Positions 29,459-36,702 of a stretch of 40,029 nucleotides of DNA are shown piece by piece. Where the stretch lies: contig JBIKQS010000001.1 in the NCBI GenBank assembly GCA_044349575.1, positions 1-40,029 of the forward strand, given 5' to 3'. Within the stretch, counting starts at the first letter, position 1. Every line of letters starts with the position of its first letter. The translations under genes and the position numbers were made by a program. The stretch is from Crocinitomicaceae bacterium (GTDB lineage Bacteria > Bacteroidota > Bacteroidia > Flavobacteriales_D > Crocinitomicaceae). Under the pieces are notes generated by a model. That model saw only the letters and a program-made list of their open reading frames with translations. It did no database searches and was not told where the DNA came from.

Positions 29459-30148
29459 CTAATTTTTTTTCGTGAATATGCTATCGCTTAAGCCTGAATT
29501 TATTTTGTAACCAGACAGAGAAATGGTAATTGTACCTTTCGTTTTTGTATTGGTTTTCTTCGCTGCCGAACTTTTGTTGATATCTGCAGCAACACTTTTG
29601 GGAACTTTGAATTTTTTTACGTCAATCTCAAATTTCATTACACTTGGTAATCCTCTTGAAATTTGATCTCCATAGGTATATTCAACATTTACTGTTCCAT
29701 TGCTAACGGTAGTGATTTGAGATTTCATGATCACCATTTTTGACATATCCACCCAAATTTTGGCAAGAACAATGTCTCCTGAACTTTCATTTGGAATGAT
29801 ATTGATTAGCCTCGTTTTTACGCTTCCTATTGTCAAGTATTCACCAAAAACTGCCGTGTATTTAGATTTATTCGAGATGAAATTATTCAGTTCTGTGAAT
29901 CCTTGTTTGGGAACTATCACAATTCCTTTAGATTCAATTTTAAATTTATCTTTTTGTTTGAAATAGATTTTCACATTGTTTGGCAAAATCTTGATCATCG
30001 GAATGTCTGCCTTGATATTCGCATTTACCGTGTAATCTTTTACCGCATTGAATTTCGCATTGATGTTGTCAATAACTGCGTTTGCCGTTTGTCCCGTGGC
30101 ACTTAGGGAAATGAAAATTAGCAAGAGAAAAAATAGTTGTTTCATCAC
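29459..30148 (-). CDS. LolA-like / outer-membrane lipoprotein-sorting-like secreted protein
   Basis: 229 aa, signal peptide. The N-terminal pattern A..I..I..KF..VKDY...............KIYFKQKDKFKIE is typical of the LolA/RseB-fold family. 4-nt overlap with the permease gene. Confidence 0.45.
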   Translation of the reverse strand: MMKQLFFLLLIFISLSATGQTANAVIDNINAKFNAVKDYTVNANIKADIPMIKILPNNVKIYFKQKDKFKIESKGIVIVPKQGFTELNNFISNKSKYTAVFGEYLTIGSVKTRLINIIPNESSGDIVLAKIWVDMSKMVIMKSQITTVSNGTVNVEYTYGDQISRGLPSVMKFEIDVKKFKVPKSVAADINKSSAAKKTNTKTKGTITISLSGYKINSGLSDSIFTKKN

Positions 30149-30987
30149 GAGGTAATGTCTTTTTTATTGAATTTCAAAATGGTAATTATTACCAAAATAA
30201 TAATGTGGGCAAGTAATACAAGTATGGATTGATAAATAGATTCAAATGGAATTGGATCTTCAAAAAAACTTCGCCACGAAGCCATGTGAGTAGTGAATAA
30301 ATAGGGTTTGATTGAATCAAAGACGGTTACGTCCAAACTTCCAATTATGGTAAACACAATGATTATTGCCATAGTTGCAACAATGGGTCCGATAGAATTT
30401 TCAGCAAAAGCAGACAAACAAATAGAAAGCGTTGCAACAGTCAAGAGTGCAAGAAATGCCACGCAAAAACCAAGTCCAAAACGCCAAAGAATATCAGCTT
30501 CTTGCAAAATAACCAATCCATCACTGTTTAAAACCATTAAATCTCCTGAACCAAAAACCAGGTGAGAAATAACTAAGGATAAAATTCCCAGCCAAATAGT
30601 CAATAAAAGTGTATAAATCGCGCCGGCCAAAAATTTTGAAAGCACGATTTGTGTACGAGAAATGGGTTTACTTGCCAACATGCGAATCGTTCCCATGGCA
30701 GCTTCACCCGAGATGAGATCACCAGTAACAAGCGCTACAAGCAGAGGAATGTGAACTACCAACATTTGTAGTATTATAAAAGCAATAAGATTTCCATTTA
30801 CAATTTTACCGTTGAAAGAAAGAGTTTGCTCAAAACTGGCAGTGATAAATGAAACAATGGTTTCCCCATCCATTTTCATAGCGAAAATAATGATGGATAT
30901 TAAAATGGTTAGCGCTCCAAAACCCAAATAACTTCTTGGTTTTGAAACGATTTTTATAAATTCGTTGTAGGTGTTTCGAAGCAACAT
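30145..30987 (-). CDS. ABC-2 type transporter permease
   Basis: 280 aa, about 6 TM helices. Coupled to the ATPase gene by a 1-nt overlap. Confidence 0.8.
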   Translation of the reverse strand: MLLRNTYNEFIKIVSKPRSYLGFGALTILISIIIFAMKMDGETIVSFITASFEQTLSFNGKIVNGNLIAFIILQMLVVHIPLLVALVTGDLISGEAAMGTIRMLASKPISRTQIVLSKFLAGAIYTLLLTIWLGILSLVISHLVFGSGDLMVLNSDGLVILQEADILWRFGLGFCVAFLALLTVATLSICLSAFAENSIGPIVATMAIIIVFTIIGSLDVTVFDSIKPYLFTTHMASWRSFFEDPIPFESIYQSILVLLAHIIILVIITILKFNKKDITS

Positions 30988-31901
30988 TATGACTGAATTA
31001 TTTTAATGAAGTAATCTTCCAATTTTCTCTTCGGTTCGATGGCATTTATGAGTAAACCTGCATCAACGAATATTTTTGCCAATTCAGGTACGCGGTATTT
31101 TACCATTACGACTTCAAAAACAGTTTCTGAAATACGGTCAACAGATGAAACTTGAAGGTGGTTTTTGACCAATTCAATCGCTTTATCAGCAGAATTTATT
31201 TCAACACGAACAACAGTTTCTTCATTATTTAATAAATCTTGAACATTTCCTTCCACAATTGAACGACCTTGATTAATTATTACCATTCTGTTTGCAATCA
31301 ATTCAATTTCAGATAGTTGGTGAGAAGAAAGCAAAATGGTTTTATTTTGTTCGGTTTTAAGTCGTAGAATTAAGTTGCGTATTTCAATGATTCCCTGTGG
31401 ATCTAGGCCTGTTGTGGGTTCGTCTAGAATGATCAAATCAGGTTTATGCAAAAGAGTTTGAGCAATACCCAAGCGTTGTTTCATTCCGTGAGAAAATCCT
31501 TTCACGCGATCTCTGGCCCTATTACCAAGTCCCACAAAATCAAGCATTTCAGCAATTTCTTTTTTCGACACAGATGCTCCGGAAATGCGCGCAAAAATTT
31601 CAAGGTTTTTCTGTGCAGAAAGATATTTGTAAAAATCGGGTTTTTCGATGATACTACCAACATTTCGCAGAATTTCAGTTCGATTCTGTGCCAACGGTTT
31701 TCCAAATAATTCAATACTACCGCTATTAGGTTTGATTAGGGATAGCAAACAGCGAATGGTTGTACTTTTTCCAGCTCCATTTGGACCCAAAAACCCAAAG
31801 ACATCTCCTTTATTTACGGTAAAAGAAACGTCTTTCACAGCTTCAAAACTTCCAAATTTTTTCGAAAGATGTTTAACTTGAATGATAGGTTGGTTTTCCA
31901 T
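30987..31901 (-). CDS. ABC transporter ATP-binding protein
   Basis: 304 aa. Walker A GPNGAGKST, signature FSHGMKQRL, Walker B LIILDEPTTGLD. Confidence 0.93.
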   Translation of the reverse strand: MENQPIIQVKHLSKKFGSFEAVKDVSFTVNKGDVFGFLGPNGAGKSTTIRCLLSLIKPNSGSIELFGKPLAQNRTEILRNVGSIIEKPDFYKYLSAQKNLEIFARISGASVSKKEIAEMLDFVGLGNRARDRVKGFSHGMKQRLGIAQTLLHKPDLIILDEPTTGLDPQGIIEIRNLILRLKTEQNKTILLSSHQLSEIELIANRMVIINQGRSIVEGNVQDLLNNEETVVRVEINSADKAIELVKNHLQVSSVDRISETVFEVVMVKYRVPELAKIFVDAGLLINAIEPKRKLEDYFIKIIQS

Positions 31902-31914
31902 TAAGAACTAAAAC

Positions 31915-31935
31915 AAGTTATTTATCAACTTGTTC
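31915..31935 (+). repeat. 21-nt repeat copy L (AAGTTatttATCAACTTGTTC), inside the 8-bp-arm palindrome AACAAGTT-N7-AACTTGTT (31912-31934)
   Basis: 19/21 identical to 33713-33733, including an exact 13-mer TATCAACTTGTTC. Lies 14-34 nt upstream of the ABC ATPase start codon. Confidence 0.8.
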
Positions 31936-32005
31936 GATTTCGGTAAAATCCTAAGGAACGCTATCGTACATTTTGAACGCACCCAATTTTAAAAACATCT
32001 TTTGG

Positions 32006-32045
32006 CTCACTGGGATTTTGCTTTCTAGCAAAGTCAGTAAGTGAG
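32006..32045. other. Compound stem-loop in the long intergenic gap
   Basis: CTCACT-gggat-TTTGCT-ttct-AGCAAA-gtcagta-AGTGAG: outer 6-bp and inner 6-bp perfect stems. Confidence 0.45.
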
Positions 32046-32148
32046 ATATAACTTTCTCCTTTCTTTATTCTAAAGTTAACCTTCAAGTTATTCACTATTG
32101 TTTCCTTTTTTAAAACGCTTTTTAATTAAACGCATGAATAAACGATCA

Positions 32149-32178
32149 CAATAAAGGCAATGTTTCAACCCTTTATTG
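32149..32178. other. Perfect 9-bp hairpin (CAATAAAGG / CCTTTATTG), terminator-like
   Basis: 12-nt loop, followed on the + strand by T-rich sequence (TTTAT..). There is no + strand CDS upstream of it to terminate; the adjacent ABC ATPase gene runs on the minus strand. Confidence 0.4.
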
Positions 32179-32405
32179 TTTATCACAAATTTTTTATTTA
32201 ACTCAAGGTGTTATAAAAACGTAGACGAATTATTAGGTTGTAGAACAAGATATTTGGGTGTTCTATTTAATTGGTATTCTGTTTTTTATATTAAATTTAG
32301 ACAGTCAAAATCAAAAATATTTTTTATATCAATCGAAATTTATACTTTTGTATATCATGATAATCTAAAGTAATACTTTATTATATCACAAATTCAATTT
32401 TAAAA

Positions 32406-33545
32406 ATGTACTATAGAAAGCAAGTATTTACTGACTCCCAAAACGAGAGCGTTTTTTTATGGGGAGCCCGACAAACAGGAAAAAGCACTTTGTTAAAAGA
32501 GTTGTTCCCCGATGCATTATGGTTTGATCTACTACTTTCAGATGTTTATGAAAGATTGTTGCGAAATCCATCCTTACTTCGTGAAACCATTATCGCAAGC
32601 AAATACAAGGTGATAATTATTGATGAAATACAACGAATTCCCGAATTATTAAACGAAGTCCATTGGCTTATTACCCATTTGCCAATAAGAGTTATCATGA
32701 GCGGATCAAGTCCCAGAAAAATTATACGATCCAACACTAATCTCCTTGGAGGAAGGGCATTAAGATATGAACTATATCCATTAATCAGTCAGGAAATTCC
32801 CGATTTTGATTTATTGAAGGCTCTGAACAATGGTTTGCTGCCAAGGCATTACATTTCCACATCGCCAAAAAAAATGATCTCGGCTTATGTTGGAAATTAC
32901 CTGCGTGACGAAATTGCCGGAGAAGCAAAAATTAGGAATGTTACCAATTTTTCACGCTTCTTGGATTCAGCAGCATTCAGCAATGGAGAGATGATTAATT
33001 ATACAAACATTGCCACTGACTGTGGCGTTAGTGCAGTCACAGTAAAAGAATATTTTCAAATATTGGAAGACACCTTGATAGGACGATTCTTGCCTGTTTA
33101 TCAAAAGAAACCTAAAAGAAGAGTAATCACCGCCCCTAAGTTCTATTTCTTTGATATTGGAATTGTAAATCATTTATTAAAAAGAGGGAGAATAGAATTT
33201 GGAGGCGAATTATTTGGGAATGCTTTTGAACACTTTATTTATAATGAATTGTATGCACACAGCAGTTATTCCGCGAAAGATTATCCCATTTACTACTGGC
33301 GTACTGCTTCACAGATTGAAATTGATTTTGTGCTTGGCAATAATGATGTGGCAATTGAGGTAAAAGCAACTAACAATGCCCAACCAAAGCATCTTAAAGG
33401 CTTGAAATACTTTTCAGAAGAATATTCTGTAAAACAACTTATTTTAATATGCAACGAACCTTTACCCAGAATTTCAGACGGCATCCGCATCCTTCCATGG
33501 AGAATATTTTTAGAAGAACTCTGGGCAGGGAAGATAATGCAGTAA
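32406..33545 (+). CDS. AAA+ ATPase with DUF4143 and C-terminal PD-(D/E)xK-like motif
   Basis: 379 aa. Walker A GARQTGKST, Walker B IIIDEIQ, SGSS...LLGGRA, DUF4143-type central region, C-terminal EIDFV...AIEVKAT. Confidence 0.88.
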   Translation: MYYRKQVFTDSQNESVFLWGARQTGKSTLLKELFPDALWFDLLLSDVYERLLRNPSLLRETIIASKYKVIIIDEIQRIPELLNEVHWLITHLPIRVIMSGSSPRKIIRSNTNLLGGRALRYELYPLISQEIPDFDLLKALNNGLLPRHYISTSPKKMISAYVGNYLRDEIAGEAKIRNVTNFSRFLDSAAFSNGEMINYTNIATDCGVSAVTVKEYFQILEDTLIGRFLPVYQKKPKRRVITAPKFYFFDIGIVNHLLKRGRIEFGGELFGNAFEHFIYNELYAHSSYSAKDYPIYYWRTASQIEIDFVLGNNDVAIEVKATNNAQPKHLKGLKYFSEEYSVKQLILICNEPLPRISDGIRILPWRIFLEELWAGKIMQ

Positions 33546-33712
33546 AACTGGATATATTTTTTAGAAGGTAATTGTGAAGTACGAATAATTAGACAAAACG
33601 CCCAAACAATTTCAATGGGTTCTATTTGGAACGCAATCAATTTATGTTTATTTTTGAAGATAGGCTGATTTCATCATACTTTCAACTTACGCTCAAAGAG
33701 TGATAGTATCCT

Positions 33713-33733
33713 AAGTTCTCTATCAACTTGTTC
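33713..33733 (+). repeat. 21-nt repeat copy R (AAGTTctctATCAACTTGTTC)
   Basis: 19/21 identical to 31915-31935. Overlaps the proposed -33 region of the metallophosphoesterase promoter. Confidence 0.8.
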
Positions 33734-33757
33734 AGTCTAATTAATAAAATACCTTTG
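33727..33757 (+). promoter_or_regulatory. Putative promoter of the metallophosphoesterase gene
   Basis: CTTG-N19-TACCTTTG; the -7 box matches TAnnTTTG and ends 12 nt before the ATG at 33770. Confidence 0.35.
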
Positions 33758-33769
33758 TAAAAACATTCC

Positions 33770-34906
33770 ATGCTCTTCTTACTACTTTTCGCCTTAATCA
33801 TATTCTCGCAAATTATTTTTTCGCATTCTTTCCTTTCGGATTCATCCACCCTCATTCAAGCAATTGGTTTCGTTCAACTTGTTGTAGCCTGGGGGTCGTT
33901 TTTGTTGCTCATTGTATTTTTTGGTCAACGAAAGCACAATGATTTTAAAAAGGGCTTTACGGCATTTGGTGGTTTTATTTTATTTGGCGTTCCCGCCTTG
34001 TTGTATTTGATTCCAGGATTGTTTTTTCAAGCAACTGGAATTGAAACATTTAGGCAAATAGGTTGGGTTTTGTCAGGCTTGCTTTTTTTAGGGATTTTGG
34101 TTGGGATTTTTTACGGCAGATGGAATTGGAAAACACATCGCGTTCAGCTGTCATTTCCACATTTTCCAGAAGAATTAGAATCACTAAAAATCGTTCAAAT
34201 AAGCGACATTCACGTGGGGAGTTTTTTCAATAATCACGGCAAAGTCAATAAGGCGATTGACCAAATAAACGACTTGGATGCGGATTATGTTTTTTTCACC
34301 GGCGATTTGGTGAATAACACAGCAGCTGAAATGGATGGGTGGGAGCCAATTTTCTCGCGTATTCAAGCGAAAAAAGGAAAATTCAGTATTTTGGGCAATC
34401 ATGATTACGGAGATTATGTGCGATGGGAAGCAGATGATCACAAGGTTCAGAATTTAAAAACCTTGATTAATAAACACCGCGAAATAGGTTTTACACCTTT
34501 ACTGAATGAATCTATCGAATTGGAAGAAAACATTTGGCTCTTAGGTGTTGAGAATTGGGGAAAGGCTCCTTTTCGTCAAAGTGGAAAACTAGCACATACG
34601 TTGAATGGCGTACCGGAATCTGCACTCAAAATACTACTTTCTCACGATCCGAGTCATTTTGATTTACAAGTGTTAGACACGAATATTGACCTTACTTTAT
34701 CTGGTCACACTCACGGAATGCAGTTTGGGATTGAGCGCTTTGGTATCAAATGGAGCCCAGTATCATTGCGCTATAAGAAATGGGCTGGCTTGTATCAAGT
34801 GGGTCAACAGTTTTTATATGTAAACCGTGGATTTGGTTACTTAGGATTTCCGGGTAGGGTAGGGATTTATCCGGAGATAACAGAAATCACAATTACGAAA
34901 GGGTAA
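33770..34906 (+). CDS. Membrane-anchored metallophosphoesterase (YkuE-like)
   Basis: 378 aa. About 4 N-terminal TM helices, then QISDIHVG, FTGDLV, GNHDYG and SGHTHG calcineurin-like motifs. Confidence 0.88.
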   Translation: MLFLLLFALIIFSQIIFSHSFLSDSSTLIQAIGFVQLVVAWGSFLLLIVFFGQRKHNDFKKGFTAFGGFILFGVPALLYLIPGLFFQATGIETFRQIGWVLSGLLFLGILVGIFYGRWNWKTHRVQLSFPHFPEELESLKIVQISDIHVGSFFNNHGKVNKAIDQINDLDADYVFFTGDLVNNTAAEMDGWEPIFSRIQAKKGKFSILGNHDYGDYVRWEADDHKVQNLKTLINKHREIGFTPLLNESIELEENIWLLGVENWGKAPFRQSGKLAHTLNGVPESALKILLSHDPSHFDLQVLDTNIDLTLSGHTHGMQFGIERFGIKWSPVSLRYKKWAGLYQVGQQFLYVNRGFGYLGFPGRVGIYPEITEITITKG

Positions 34907-34908
34907 TT

Positions 34909-35457
34909 CTAATCAATAAGTTGGATCGTAGGAATCATTTCCTCTACGTATTCTTGAATTCGACTTTCGTCAGCGTTTTTGGTCAACAATAATTGTTTGC
35001 ATTTTGGAAGACTCTCAGCCAGACGCAAAATATATCCTTTTAATCCTTGGCGCATTTGAACATCCATTTCAAGTACGGCAAACAAGCGCAATTTAGAAAC
35101 ATTAAACCCATTTTGGAAGTACATTTGACAGATGCGGCGTGCTGTTCCAACAATAATTTCGGTACCATCAAAGAGATCATTGCGCTGTTGCAATTTCTTT
35201 CCTTTTTCGGTTATCAAATCTACCGTAAGATCTAGGCTTCTTGTTCCTGCTGTAACAATTTCATGAATTTCGCGTGCCTCTTGTTCAGAGGAAGCAATGA
35301 TGATAGCACGTGGAGAACCTTCTTCGGCTTTGGGCACAAAAATCGTTATCCATTCCACCAATTGATTTTTGTATTCTTCCAACGAGGCTGCTCCCAAAAC
35401 AGATTGACCGGATTTGAGTGCTTTTCCAATACGCAATGTAAGATCTGTGTTTTCCAT
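34909..35457 (-). CDS. Stand-alone degenerate DEAD-box helicase domain-1-like protein
   Basis: 182 aa. It can be aligned by eye to DEAD-box motifs: Ia (AIIIASSEQEAREI vs APTRELA), Ib-like (IIVGTARRI vs VGTPGRL), II (LEMD in place of DEAD) and III (TKN in place of SAT). The Walker A position reads AASLEEYKN, so there is no GSGKT. No domain 2. Confidence 0.55.
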   Translation of the reverse strand: MENTDLTLRIGKALKSGQSVLGAASLEEYKNQLVEWITIFVPKAEEGSPRAIIIASSEQEAREIHEIVTAGTRSLDLTVDLITEKGKKLQQRNDLFDGTEIIVGTARRICQMYFQNGFNVSKLRLFAVLEMDVQMRQGLKGYILRLAESLPKCKQLLLTKNADESRIQEYVEEMIPTIQLID

Positions 35458-35473
35458 GGTTTGGTAAAGGTAG

Positions 35474-35488
35474 CGATTTTTCCCGCCT
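35474..35488 (+). repeat. Exact 15-mer CGATTTTTCCCGCCT, copy A
   Basis: Identical to 36238-36252. Ends 16 nt upstream of the DEAD-like gene start (minus strand). Confidence 0.85.
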
Positions 35489-35496
35489 CTAGGAGG

Positions 35497-35558
35497 GATT
35501 AAGGGAGGTGATTGAATTCTGATTTAACCTAATCCTCTCACCCTTTAATCATTTTTTT
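35497..35558. terminator. Imperfect inverted repeat followed by a T7 run
   Basis: GATTAAGGGAGGTGA ... TCACCCTTTAATC (about 11 bp with one bulge and one mismatch, large loop), then ATTTTTTT on the + strand. Lies just downstream of the minus-strand lipoprotein gene stop at 35603. Confidence 0.3.
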
Positions 35559-35602
35559 ACAGAAATGAAATAATGTACTTGATCGTCATCGAGACTTAAG
35601 CA

Positions 35603-36127
35603 TTACATACAACCTTGAGAATCAACTTTACCTACAAACAGGGTTGTTTCGTTTTGTTTTATTGAAATGGTGTATTTTCTTCCCATTTGCAAATTCACTT
35701 CTTTCGTAGAAATAGTGAGCGCATCTTTAATTTCTATATTTTCTTTTTTGTAAATGGTTTTATTTTCTTCTTTAATTTCAATAGTAATTTGTTTTCCGGT
35801 TCCTTCTATCTTTAACTTTTGAAATTCTTCTGAATCATAACAAAAAGTGTATGCTTTGCGAGTTGCAAAATCATCTATTTCACCAACCCCACCTTTCGTA
35901 ATTGTTCCATCTTCCTCTTCAATATCATCACTTTTAAAATAGATTTTACAAACAACAGAGGCAGGTTCTATTTTTTCTTCCTCTTGTGGTTTGTCAGTTG
36001 AGGTCATATTCGTTGTAGCTGGTTTAGCATTTTGTGAGGTGAGTTCTTTTTTCTCCTCGCCGCAGCTTGTCAAGATCAAAAAATTAAATGCTAAGATTGT
36101 AATGATCGATAAAATAGTTTTTTTCAT
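35603..36127 (-). CDS. Lipoprotein, function unknown
   Basis: 174 aa. Lipobox ILTSCGEEKK, acidic/Lys-rich, three further Cys including the penultimate residue. Confidence 0.7.
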   Translation of the reverse strand: MKKTILSIITILAFNFLILTSCGEEKKELTSQNAKPATTNMTSTDKPQEEEKIEPASVVCKIYFKSDDIEEEDGTITKGGVGEIDDFATRKAYTFCYDSEEFQKLKIEGTGKQITIEIKEENKTIYKKENIEIKDALTISTKEVNLQMGRKYTISIKQNETTLFVGKVDSQGCM

Positions 36128-36237
36128 GTGTATTGATTAGTCTTCAAAGCTAACCATTTTTTATACATGACATGAGTGATCGTGCAGAAAAGTTAGTTCG
36201 CGCAGCATTTTGAACCACTGTTGTGCTCAGCTTATAA

Positions 36238-36252
36238 CGATTTTTCCCGCCT
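36238..36252 (+). repeat. Exact 15-mer CGATTTTTCCCGCCT, copy B
   Basis: Identical to 35474-35488. Lies between the DUF1801 stop and the lipoprotein start. Confidence 0.85.
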
Positions 36253-36295
36253 TGCTTGTCCGCCGGCAGTTGTAAGGGATGACTTATGAGTTAAC

Positions 36296-36679
36296 TTATT
36301 TTTTCTTCAACTTCGTCTCAATCTCCTCCAACCGATACAACACAATTTTTTGAATCAGTTTCTCGGGAATCGCTTTATCCAACGGAAATTGAATAGCTCC
36401 TTTTGAAAATTTAAGTCCAACAAGTTCATTTTCAAAGGCCTTCACTCCCGAAGCAGTTGGATAAAACCCAATATGATTTTTGAATGCTGCAAAATAGACC
36501 ACGTTTTGTTTCTGGTAAAAACAAGGCATTCCGTAGCTTATTTTTTCTTGTGCTTCTGGTAAAACCGCTTTAACAATATCATACATCTCAAGAAGCATAT
36601 CTTTTGTTTGTTGAGGAAATGCGGCGAAATAGGTTTCGAATTCTAGGGTCATGGGGGTAGGGGGGGTAACGGTTTGCAA
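36296..36679 (-). CDS. DUF1801 (YdhG-like) domain protein
   Basis: 127 aa. ...ISYGMPCFY...VVYFAAFKNHIGFYP...AIQFPLDK.IP..LI..IV is typical of DUF1801. The start may be the Met at 36652. Confidence 0.7.
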   Translation of the reverse strand: MQTVTPPTPMTLEFETYFAAFPQQTKDMLLEMYDIVKAVLPEAQEKISYGMPCFYQKQNVVYFAAFKNHIGFYPTASGVKAFENELVGLKFSKGAIQFPLDKAIPEKLIQKIVLYRLEEIETKLKKK

Positions 36680-36702
36680 ATAGGCGCTCGCGTTAGTGGC
36701 GC

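Noticed and set aside
32176-32373. A 65-aa ORF in the long intergenic gap.
   Set aside because: Its AT-rich, Phe/Ile/Tyr/Asn-dominated translation is typical of random AT-rich sequence. It has no signal, motif or coupling to neighbours.
33293-33640. A 115-aa antisense ORF across the 3' end of the AAA+ gene.
   Set aside because: It mostly overlaps a motif-supported CDS on the opposite strand, and the translation is not protein-like.
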